DNA of 64,000 bases, from contig JBBCIW010000002.1 in the NCBI GenBank assembly GCA_037189865.1, positions 226,759 through 290,758 of the forward strand. Direction: 5' to 3'. Origin of the DNA: Chthoniobacteraceae bacterium. Its GTDB lineage: Bacteria > Verrucomicrobiota > Verrucomicrobiia > Chthoniobacterales > Chthoniobacteraceae. The position numbers were made by a program, and so were the translations under genes. Below the pieces are notes generated by a model. It made no database searches. It had not been told where the DNA came from and saw only the letters and a program-made list of their open reading frames with translations. Positions 42,911-50,888 of the stretch are shown here, piece by piece (position 1 is the first letter of the stretch; each line of letters starts with the position of its first letter).

Positions 42911-43645
42911 CTACCGCGTGGTATAAACACCGCTGCACCACGGTGGATTTCTAGAATAGTTGGTGCGCCGGTAAAGATCATTGCGCACGTGGGCTACTTC
43001 GATGTGCCCGTCGCAGAACATCAGGGTAGCATACCCTTGGTGCCTGCCGGTCACGATGGTATTCTCATTGGTAAGATCAGCCGCAGCAGCGAAATCAGGG
43101 TAGAATTCATACCAACCGCCGGCGCTCTGCTTGAGTTCACGTGATTCCGCCAGCATCAACACCTTCGCCGGATCGCGAATCTCATCCAGCCGCGCCCGCC
43201 GTTGCAGGGTGGGATAGCCGTTATTGGGCATCAATCCGAATTTATTGACTCCAAAGCTGATATTGGCCCAAGGGTTCTGCGGTGTCTTGAGCAGTAACGA
43301 GCGTTCCGGGCGTTCACTCACGGGGTGAGCGGGACAATAGAAGGTATCAATATCCTTGAGATAACCTTCATGGTAAAGCCGCCCGGACCAGATCGTGGCA
43401 TAGGGGGCGGTGGTTGTCTCGCCGCTATAGGGAAACACCCGTCCATGCTCTCCCACAAAGAGAAGCAACGCGCTGCCGACCTGCCGCATCCTTGCAAGGC
43501 AGACCCCCTGATCCCCCTTACCGCGCAAATAACCTGCCGTTGCCCCCAATAACACCACGGCAATCGCCACGATGAAAAGAGCCACCATCGCCTCTGTCAA
43601 AGTGAAGGCAGCGACCAACTGAGGGGAACCTGATCGCTTCTTCAT
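42911..43645 (-). CDS. Prepilin-type N-terminal domain protein, DUF1559 / H-X9-DG family
   Basis: PQLVAA|FTLTEAMVALFIVAIAVVLLG, then VCLARMRQVGSALLLF, then a C-terminal HQGYATLMFCDGH (H-X9-DG). It has an ATGA overlap with the upstream PATR gene. Confidence 0.75.
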   Translation of the reverse strand: MKKRSGSPQLVAAFTLTEAMVALFIVAIAVVLLGATAGYLRGKGDQGVCLARMRQVGSALLLFVGEHGRVFPYSGETTTAPYATIWSGRLYHEGYLKDIDTFYCPAHPVSERPERSLLLKTPQNPWANISFGVNKFGLMPNNGYPTLQRRARLDEIRDPAKVLMLAESRELKQSAGGWYEFYPDFAAAADLTNENTIVTGRHQGYATLMFCDGHIEVAHVRNDLYRRTNYSRNPPWCSGVYTTR

Positions 43646-45093
43646 TTCAACGCTCTACGGTTACGATGCCGCCATCCTGCCAGCACGACCACCCCTGCGG
43701 CAAGATAAGAAAGCGTCGCCGCCTCCGGTACGGCTACAAACTCCAGCACGAGATCGCTCCCATCGCTCCGCACAGTAAAGATTCCTTGCGTCTCCCATTG
43801 GGCGAGGTCAAAGGCGAAGCGTTCCGTGAAGACACCGGGGCTCATCCCCAAAAGCGCCCCCTCCACCTCTGCGATCGTCCATTGGTAAGTCTGGTTGGCT
43901 ACCCATGCAGACGACGCCCCTTCGCTCAAGGCAAGAGTAAAGGTCTGCGAAGAGGAGAGCGCACTCAAATCAAGATCACCCAGAATAGCTAGCGAACCGC
44001 CGGTCGTCGACGTCAGAGTCAGCTCCAAGCCCCCCCCTTGCGTCCAGCTTTGACTTGCCCCGAAGGTCAGTTCATCCGCCCCGGGGGCGAGCGTCTGTCC
44101 TGAGCCGATCGAAAGACTCTGGTTAATCCGCCCCGTGCCACTGATCCGCCCCGACGTTAAGGTTAGCGGAGCCGTCACCGCAACGCTGCTGCGGGTAGCC
44201 AACTCGCCACCATTGATCACGATAGCCGAACTCGCATTGATCGACCCGCTCCCCGAGAGCGTTAACCGCCCGGCCTCAATCGTCGTTGTCCCGGTGTAAG
44301 AATGCGTTCCGGTTAGTTGCTGCTCCCCTGCTCCCTGTTTAACGATGGAGAGCTTGGCGGTGGTGGCTCCAGTGCTTTTGTCTAACAAAAGGCCACTGAA
44401 ACTCACCGGCGTTGGACTGGTGTTATTGAGATAAAGCGTACCGGCGGTCGCCGTCGCGCTAGCATTGGAAGCACGAATCGTCCCCGCTCCGGTGAGGGAG
44501 GAGATTTCCACGCTTCCATTGACCGAAGCATTGCTGATCGTCAGCGTTCCCGCAACATCGAGTCGGCCCAACTTCGGCCTTTGGGTCATAGCGTCAATAT
44601 TGAAAAATGCGCCACTGGCTAATGTCGTGCTTCCGCTGACCGTCAGGGAATTTAACGTTGTCCCTGCATTAAAGCCGAGGCGGAAATGTCCGCCCTCCAC
44701 GTTCAACGTTTGCGCACTCACCGAAAAGCTACCTCCGAGTAATTGAAGCTGTCCGCTGCGATGTGCAAAATTGACGACATCCAGCTCATAAGCCCCTCCT
44801 CCGGTCATCTGAAGGTTGAATCCACCGCTCCCTACCGTTGTTAAAGCCAGAAGATCGAGATTCTGATAAATCGTCATCCCAAGATTGCCCCCCGACGTAT
44901 CAAAGTTAATCTGTGCCGTATCACCGGGACCAGAAGGGTAGCCACCTGAAGGCGAACCCTCAATCAACCATTCTCGGGACGTCCAAGTCCCACCGGGCGG
45001 AAGATCGACGGTATAGTCAGCAGCGCGGCCCGACACCGACAGGAAAGCCAGCGCCAGAATACTTAGAAGCGGAGGGTGGGTGGGTGTTTTCAT
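43642..45093 (-). CDS. Surface protein with PATR repeats and a degenerate PEP-CTERM-like tail (VPEA)
   Basis: The signal peptide is MKTPTHPPLLSILALAFLSVSGRA. The PATR motif is GAGEQQLTGTHSYTGTTTIEAGRLTLSGSG. The C-terminus VPEAATLSYLAAGVVVLAGWRHRNRRALK is PE(A) + TM + basic. Confidence 0.7.
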   Translation of the reverse strand: MKTPTHPPLLSILALAFLSVSGRAADYTVDLPPGGTWTSREWLIEGSPSGGYPSGPGDTAQINFDTSGGNLGMTIYQNLDLLALTTVGSGGFNLQMTGGGAYELDVVNFAHRSGQLQLLGGSFSVSAQTLNVEGGHFRLGFNAGTTLNSLTVSGSTTLASGAFFNIDAMTQRPKLGRLDVAGTLTISNASVNGSVEISSLTGAGTIRASNASATATAGTLYLNNTSPTPVSFSGLLLDKSTGATTAKLSIVKQGAGEQQLTGTHSYTGTTTIEAGRLTLSGSGSINASSAIVINGGELATRSSVAVTAPLTLTSGRISGTGRINQSLSIGSGQTLAPGADELTFGASQSWTQGGGLELTLTSTTGGSLAILGDLDLSALSSSQTFTLALSEGASSAWVANQTYQWTIAEVEGALLGMSPGVFTERFAFDLAQWETQGIFTVRSDGSDLVLEFVAVPEAATLSYLAAGVVVLAGWRHRNRRALK

Positions 45094-45099
45094 AAAGGG

Positions 45100-46383
45100 T
45101 TAGGGATAGGATCGGGTGGACGAAGCAGCGAAAATCGACGGTACGATGTGGAAGGTTCCGCGCCAATGGTCCTCGCCCCAGTGAGCCGTCTTTGCGGAGA
45201 CCTCCATCTCATAACCACCTGTCAGCAAAAAATCGGTGGGAACCTCCCATTGATGATCCAGTTTCCCGGAAAGGGGGAAGCGCGTTTCCCAACTTCGTTG
45301 ACTATTTAACTGGCGCACGGTCACCGTGACCTCGCCCTGCGCTGCAGAAGCGGGATGGAGCGCAAGGCTCAAGGCGGGACGGAGCGGCAATTCGCCGACC
45401 TCAACCACAGGCCATAATCCGGCAACACTCAACAACCGTGGCGTTCGCACGCTGCCGACCCAGCCCGAGACCAGTCGCCCGCTCTCCGCGTCAACCAATT
45501 CCACAGCCAACGTATGGCCTCCTGCGCGGGCAAGCCTAACCTCCCACTCCGTTTCGATCGCCCCATCCACGGGAGTCAATACCGCCCCGTGGGGCGCACG
45601 TTCGCTCCCTTCCCCGACTTGTAAGCGGTAACTACCCGATGGCACCCCCTCCCAACGCAACGCCAGCCGATGCTCCCCCAATAGCAACCCCCGCAGCGGC
45701 GGCAACACTGCCCGGACCATGCCTCCCTGCGGCGGCTGCCCCTGCCATTGTAAAAGGCCGTGGCGCTCGCGCTCGCCATAGCCTTTGCGAACCGGAGCCC
45801 ACGATTGATAAATGAGCCGCTCGCGCCATGTCCGCGCGACATTGAGGCGCCATGGCGAACCAGCCTTTGCTTCAAGGTTAGGCAAGGCAATCGCCATCTC
45901 AACACTCCAGCGCCCCCCGCCGCGATGCACCGCCGACTCCCAGAGAGGCGACCAGTCGCTCTTCCCCTTCGCCCCCACCTCCTGAAAAAACGTCGCTCCA
46001 TGGGCATTGACGACAAACTGGTAAAGCGGCCCCCCTTCGGTATGCAAAAACAGTTCCACCGCATCATCAGAACAGACCGCGCTGGTTCCCGACTCCTTGG
46101 TCACCACCAGCACCTCCTCCTGCTCGCTCTCCACCCGCACCAGCAACGTCTCCCCGGCCCGCACCATCTGAAAAGTCACCTTGCCTAGCGGAGCGTCATC
46201 CCCGGGATGGCGTTTGAGGGTATAGAATTGATCATAGCGTGGAAGCTCTTTCCAGAACGCCTCCTGCGCCCGGCCATCGACCTGCCAGCGTTCCTCCACC
46301 TGCGCCACTTCCACCACCGGCAGCGTTTCCGCGCCAGCGTGCACCGACCACGCCAACACCGTCAGCAGAAGCCAAGGCTTCAC
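45100..46383 (-). CDS. Secreted CBM9/DOMON-like carbohydrate-binding-module protein
   Basis: GTG start (GTGA overlap with the upstream stop). The signal peptide is MKPWLLLTVLAWSVHAGA. WQVDGRAQEAFWKELPRYDQFY ... DDAVELFLHTEGGPLYQFVVNAHG parallels the N-terminal module of the 962-3952 protein. Confidence 0.5.
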   Translation of the reverse strand: MKPWLLLTVLAWSVHAGAETLPVVEVAQVEERWQVDGRAQEAFWKELPRYDQFYTLKRHPGDDAPLGKVTFQMVRAGETLLVRVESEQEEVLVVTKESGTSAVCSDDAVELFLHTEGGPLYQFVVNAHGATFFQEVGAKGKSDWSPLWESAVHRGGGRWSVEMAIALPNLEAKAGSPWRLNVARTWRERLIYQSWAPVRKGYGERERHGLLQWQGQPPQGGMVRAVLPPLRGLLLGEHRLALRWEGVPSGSYRLQVGEGSERAPHGAVLTPVDGAIETEWEVRLARAGGHTLAVELVDAESGRLVSGWVGSVRTPRLLSVAGLWPVVEVGELPLRPALSLALHPASAAQGEVTVTVRQLNSQRSWETRFPLSGKLDHQWEVPTDFLLTGGYEMEVSAKTAHWGEDHWRGTFHIVPSIFAASSTRSYP

Positions 46384-49300
46384 TTCGCCACCCCCTCCTC
46401 CCCACCTTGCAACTTGAGGATATGGGTAGCCAAGCCCCAGCGAACCCTCTCCAGCGCTTCGCTTCCATTGAGTCCATGGCGGATCTCGCCCCCGGCTTCC
46501 TTGGGATCATCACTCTCAATCAGGCGCCGGGCATCGACCGGGAGACGCTCGCGCAAGTCGGCGAGGAACTGCTCTGCCTCAGCGCGCGCCTCCTCGAGAG
46601 CGCGATTCCCCTTAGCGGCAGCAATCGCGGCTTCCAGCGTGGCAAGGTAGCGATGATCGGTGATCCCGGCCCGCGCCTCCTCCCCATCAAGCGTAAAGAT
46701 CGGCCCTTTCGGTGTGGGATAGCTAATGGAGTAGGCCGTTTGCTCCCGCGACGGATTGGCGACGTCATCCCAAGTATAAGCGGTATGCGAGCGATAATGC
46801 CACTGGAAACGCCCACCGGCTTTCATCGCCCAAGTCCAAAGGCCCTGTGTCAGCCGTTGTTTGCCGACATTATAGATCCAGAATGCCGATCGGCTATCCG
46901 TAATAAAGCGGACCGACTCCTCGTTAATCGGGAAAGCATAGTTAGGCATCGAGAGATCAAGATGCGGCACCATCACCCGTTCATACGGGCCATTGAGAGA
47001 GGCAATCGTGCGAATCCCCAACCGTTTACGCACCTCTTTAAGCGAAGCGGCTACCTCCGCGCCAAGGTCTGCCCCCGGCTGGCCGTAGTTGCTCCGCTCA
47101 TCACTGATATAGTAAAGAATCTCCGGCCAATCGTTCTTGCGCCGTGTCACTTCGAGCATCTCAACCAATTCCGCATAAGCCGCATACCACGCAGGGGTGA
47201 AGGGAGGCTTGAGCGAATCATCCAGCCACGAAAGGCGATTGGGAGTACCAGGCGTCGGTCCGTAAGGAGTCATACCATAGAATGGCATCGGCCCGAACCC
47301 GGCTTCCTTATAGAGATTCATCCAGAGCGTGAAGCGATCCCCCTCGATGAGGCTGATCTTTCCATCCTCAAAACGGAGATCTCCACGAAGATCGTCCCCG
47401 AAGGCGACGGAATTCACCCCCAGTGTCCGCATCGCCGCTAGTTCACGCCGTTCCTGTTCAATAATCAGATCGCGAAGCTCGAGAGCCTCTTTCTTCAGAT
47501 CAGCTCCATAGACATTACGATGCCAGAAGAAAGCGTACCAAGGCTCGGAGGGCTTGTAATAGAACCCCTGCACAATCGGAAGCGGCTCCAATTCAAACCC
47601 CAACACCCGCAAGCGCACCGGCAGCAATGTCTCCGCCCCGCCTTCCTCTTTTAACCGCAAGTGTCCGCTATAGACTCCAGCGGGTGTCCCTTTGGGCACC
47701 TCAACATTGACCCACCAACTCCAGTTCAACCCTTTGCGGATCGGCACCGGGCGCGGATGATCAAGCGGGAGAGCGCGCACCTGATAGCGATACCCTCCCG
47801 ATTCGCCTTTCGCCCCGGCGTTCCAGAAAAGGTAACGGGCAATCCCTACCTTCAGCGCCCCGGCCTCAATCCGACCGGCCTCCCCTTCAAGCGCCAGCGC
47901 TTCGAGCTCCACCGTTCCCTTGTCTTCGAGCCCGTGAAGCGTGAACCAGAGCGGCACCACCTCGCCCGGCGTCCCGAAGCTCTCCAGCCTTTCGAGCCGA
48001 TCACTACCCTTCACCGGACGGGCATATGGATAGCGAGGCTCCTCCACCGGACGATGGTACAAGGCGAATCCCCGCTCCTTCTCTTGTGCATTCGGGCTCC
48101 AATCCCCCTCCTTGTCCGCTGGAGCCGGCACTTCATGAAGAACGGTATCACGGCGGCGTTCAGCGGCGATTCCCTCCACCACCGTTTGCAAGGCGACATC
48201 CCCCTTTTTAGGGAGAATCACCAAGGCACCCAGCGGGAGGTTCTCCCACTCGACCAGAAGCCGCCCTTCCTTCACCTCGACGCTCGTGGTGAACTCACGA
48301 AACCGCGGCACAACAAAGTCGTTATAATAGTCCGCCCCCGGCAGCCAGAATTTATCGTACCCATCGTAAAGCCCGCGCATCAGAATCTCAGCAGGGGTTT
48401 CCTGCTCGGTCCAAAGCTCCTTCCCGTTTACTCGGAGTTGCGAATTAAAATAGTAGCGACGCACCGCCTGATGAGTGGAAACATCCCCGCTCAAAAGCCA
48501 GAGATCATAGTTCCCATCAGGCAGGTCGACACGGAAAGTTGCCTTCTTTGCGGAGATCACATCGCGCCCTAGCGCTTCCGGGCGGCCACTATCGAACGCT
48601 GCCGGATCAGTCATTCCGCTAAAACCCCATCCTCTGTCAGGTGTATAGCTATCCTTGGGCGAGACCGCTTCAAAGCGATCGAACACCGCAGACCCCTCCG
48701 GGCCGAAATCAAAGAAACGACCGCCCGCCTTCTCCTGTGCCAGCATCGCTTCATCGCGAGCACGGGCGAGGATCACCGGAGCCACCCTCACGCGGGAGAG
48801 CGCCACCGCCCGCTGGCCGCCAGCCGCAGCGCGGAAGTCAAGCTCCGCCAACTGGACCCCCTTGGGAATGACGACCTGATAGTGACGCGACTTCCATCCA
48901 TCCGTGTTGGTTTCATCACTAGTGAGCAACGAAGCCCGATGGAGAATCGTGGTTTCTTTCAGAGGGATGCGGGTTCGATGCCCTTCCTCATCGAGATAAT
49001 AGAGCCAGACATAAAGACTCAACCCATAGTTAGGATGCAGCGGAGCATCCTTCAACAGATAGTCGAAGCTAACCCGGTAGCTCAGTCCCGGTTCTACCCG
49101 AAAACGCGCCGAGCTAAATCCCGGCTCCTTCTCCTCTCCGATCCCCAGAACCAGCGCGGCACGCTCCTCCACGGTCGCCAGTTCAGCATTGATCGCACCC
49201 GGCAGTGGCGCGCTCCCCTCCTGTAACGTCAACGCACCGGCATCAAGAAGATTGGCTTCCAAAGCAGGAGCCTCGCCGGTGGCTTCCTTTTCCAGAGTAT

Positions 49301-49580
49301 AGCGAAAGCGTGTCTCCCCTTCGACCTCCATCCCCGGCACGCTCCATAGGAGCACCGTCCCCTTCTCCTCCCGGCGGAGCGTAGCCGCAAGCGCCTCCCC
49401 GCTCGCCTCATGCACCACCCGAACCCCTTTCCATGCTTCGTCAGACTGTGAAAGCGGGAGCCATGCCGCCGCCACACTAGGATGCGGCTGCTGAGTCACA
49501 TCGACGACGCCCGTGGGCGATGTAGCCCAAAGCGGCTGGGCAACCAGCAGAAAGATCAGGGGGAAAACTCGAATCATCAT
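46380..49580 (-). CDS. Large secreted protein, putative polysaccharide-active enzyme (family not recognised)
   Basis: 1066 aa. The signal peptide is MMIRVFPLIFLLVAQPLWA. The N-terminal half is beta-rich. The C-terminal half has a TIM-barrel-like pattern (LGVNSVAFGDD, ILYYISDERSNYG, RFQWHYRSH). The functional call is inference only. Confidence 0.55.
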   Translation of the reverse strand: MMIRVFPLIFLLVAQPLWATSPTGVVDVTQQPHPSVAAAWLPLSQSDEAWKGVRVVHEASGEALAATLRREEKGTVLLWSVPGMEVEGETRFRYTLEKEATGEAPALEANLLDAGALTLQEGSAPLPGAINAELATVEERAALVLGIGEEKEPGFSSARFRVEPGLSYRVSFDYLLKDAPLHPNYGLSLYVWLYYLDEEGHRTRIPLKETTILHRASLLTSDETNTDGWKSRHYQVVIPKGVQLAELDFRAAAGGQRAVALSRVRVAPVILARARDEAMLAQEKAGGRFFDFGPEGSAVFDRFEAVSPKDSYTPDRGWGFSGMTDPAAFDSGRPEALGRDVISAKKATFRVDLPDGNYDLWLLSGDVSTHQAVRRYYFNSQLRVNGKELWTEQETPAEILMRGLYDGYDKFWLPGADYYNDFVVPRFREFTTSVEVKEGRLLVEWENLPLGALVILPKKGDVALQTVVEGIAAERRRDTVLHEVPAPADKEGDWSPNAQEKERGFALYHRPVEEPRYPYARPVKGSDRLERLESFGTPGEVVPLWFTLHGLEDKGTVELEALALEGEAGRIEAGALKVGIARYLFWNAGAKGESGGYRYQVRALPLDHPRPVPIRKGLNWSWWVNVEVPKGTPAGVYSGHLRLKEEGGAETLLPVRLRVLGFELEPLPIVQGFYYKPSEPWYAFFWHRNVYGADLKKEALELRDLIIEQERRELAAMRTLGVNSVAFGDDLRGDLRFEDGKISLIEGDRFTLWMNLYKEAGFGPMPFYGMTPYGPTPGTPNRLSWLDDSLKPPFTPAWYAAYAELVEMLEVTRRKNDWPEILYYISDERSNYGQPGADLGAEVAASLKEVRKRLGIRTIASLNGPYERVMVPHLDLSMPNYAFPINEESVRFITDSRSAFWIYNVGKQRLTQGLWTWAMKAGGRFQWHYRSHTAYTWDDVANPSREQTAYSISYPTPKGPIFTLDGEEARAGITDHRYLATLEAAIAAAKGNRALEEARAEAEQFLADLRERLPVDARRLIESDDPKEAGGEIRHGLNGSEALERVRWGLATHILKLQGGEEGVAK

Positions 49581-49616
49581 AAAGAAAGGTTATGGAAGAG
49601 GGAGCGCTGTTAGGTC

Positions 49617-49660
49617 GTGTCGTCACGAGAGTGGCTGTCAAGTCACTCTCGTGACGACAC
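49617..49660 (-). terminator. Very strong stem-loop spanning the LacI stop codon (candidate terminator/attenuator or RNA-stability element)
   Basis: The arms are perfect 17-bp repeats GTGTCGTCACGAGAGTG (49617-49633) / CACTCTCGTGACGACAC (49644-49660). The stem can extend by G-U, C-G and U-A pairs, leaving a 4-nt loop that contains the stop (TGA at 49638-49640). No U-tract follows on the minus strand. Confidence 0.4.
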
Positions 49661-50726
49661 TCCCTACGCTCCCGCGTTCGATCACTTGCATTTCAACAAT
49701 CTCGCGACGGCGAACCGCGTCCGGGTTTCCAGTCACAATCTCCTTGAGCAGCAGAAACATGCGACGGCCAATCTCGCGGCGAGGGTCGTGTAGGGTCGTC
49801 AGCCCCGGTCGGCTCACGAAGGCGCACTGGGCATCATCAAACCCAAAAAGAGAGAGGTCATTCGGCACGCTCAACCCGAGCGATTGCACAGCGGCCATGG
49901 CGTCACATGCAAGGTCGTCATTGGTCGTGAAGTAAAAGCGCGGGTCTTTCTCCGGGTTCCACTTCCGGAAGGTCTCCGCAATCGCCGCCTGCCGCTCCTC
50001 ACGGGAAAGGGCAAGATCATAGCGATGAACCACTTCCAACCCGCACGGTTCCTCCAGTAACAGAGCGGCTGCGCTGCATTCCTGCACACGATACGCCGTG
50101 TTGGTATAGCTCAAAAAGCCAAAACGCCGATGCCCCTTCTCCAGTGCGTAGCGCCATGCGCGGCGGTAGCCATAAACACGGTCGGCATAGACCATGGCAC
50201 CGGGGTAGTCATCGAAATCCCGGGCGATATTGGAATGGGCCACCATCGGCACAGCATTCTCCCAAAGACAGTTAATCGTCGCGGGCAGAAGCCGCATGTT
50301 GAACATTCCCGCAAAACCACCCCCTTCGATCAACTCGCGCACAAAAGCCAACTCGTCCGTCCCCAAAGGGAAATCAACGATCTCGATGCGATCGCGCGTC
50401 TGCGCTGCTGCCTCAAGAATCCCCTCGACATAATCCCAGAAGAAGCTACGCCCCTCTCTCGGCCCAACTCCTATATCAGCATAGGGTAGCAAAAACGGTA
50501 ACTTCCTACCCTCCTGCTCTTTAAGCCAACGCTCCGGGGCGCGCGTCGGGAGACGGTAGCCCGCCTGCCGGGCATATTGCCGGATGCGCCGCGCCGTCGC
50601 CGGACGAACATTGGAAAGCCCCCGCAACGCTCTTGAAACGGTGATGTGCGAGACGCCGCACGCCTGCGCAATGCTTTCAAGTGTCATGGAACCTACAATC
50701 TGAGGGGAGCCTTTCTGATTTGTCAT
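49638..50726 (-). CDS. LacI-family transcriptional regulator
   Basis: The HTH is MTLESIAQACGVSHITVSRALRG. A PBP-like core follows, with LFGFDD near the C-terminus. It is the first gene of minus-strand cassette C. Confidence 0.88.
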   Translation of the reverse strand: MTNQKGSPQIVGSMTLESIAQACGVSHITVSRALRGLSNVRPATARRIRQYARQAGYRLPTRAPERWLKEQEGRKLPFLLPYADIGVGPREGRSFFWDYVEGILEAAAQTRDRIEIVDFPLGTDELAFVRELIEGGGFAGMFNMRLLPATINCLWENAVPMVAHSNIARDFDDYPGAMVYADRVYGYRRAWRYALEKGHRRFGFLSYTNTAYRVQECSAAALLLEEPCGLEVVHRYDLALSREERQAAIAETFRKWNPEKDPRFYFTTNDDLACDAMAAVQSLGLSVPNDLSLFGFDDAQCAFVSRPGLTTLHDPRREIGRRMFLLLKEIVTGNPDAVRRREIVEMQVIERGSVGSVVTRVT

Positions 50727-50739
50727 GTTCAGACTTTGT

Positions 50740-50775
50740 TGACAGCATCATTCCACTGTCATAGATTGACGTCAA
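50740..50775. promoter_or_regulatory. Operator/promoter candidates upstream of the LacI gene: TGACAG-N10-CTGTCA and palindrome TTGACGTCAA
   Basis: TGACAG is at 50740-50745 and CTGTCA at 50756-50761. The perfect 10-bp CG-centred palindrome TTGACGTCAA is at 50766-50775. Read on the minus strand, TTGACG-17 nt-AATGAT resembles a sigma70 promoter about 20 nt before ATG 50726. Confidence 0.3.
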
Positions 50776-50888
50776 AAACTTTATATCAATGTTCAAACTA
50801 ACATTTGACAACACCATACCATCAAGGCACAAAGCCTCACTCTCAAGGGAGGTGCCGGGGAATAGGGATGCAGGGCGATGGCCCGGCT

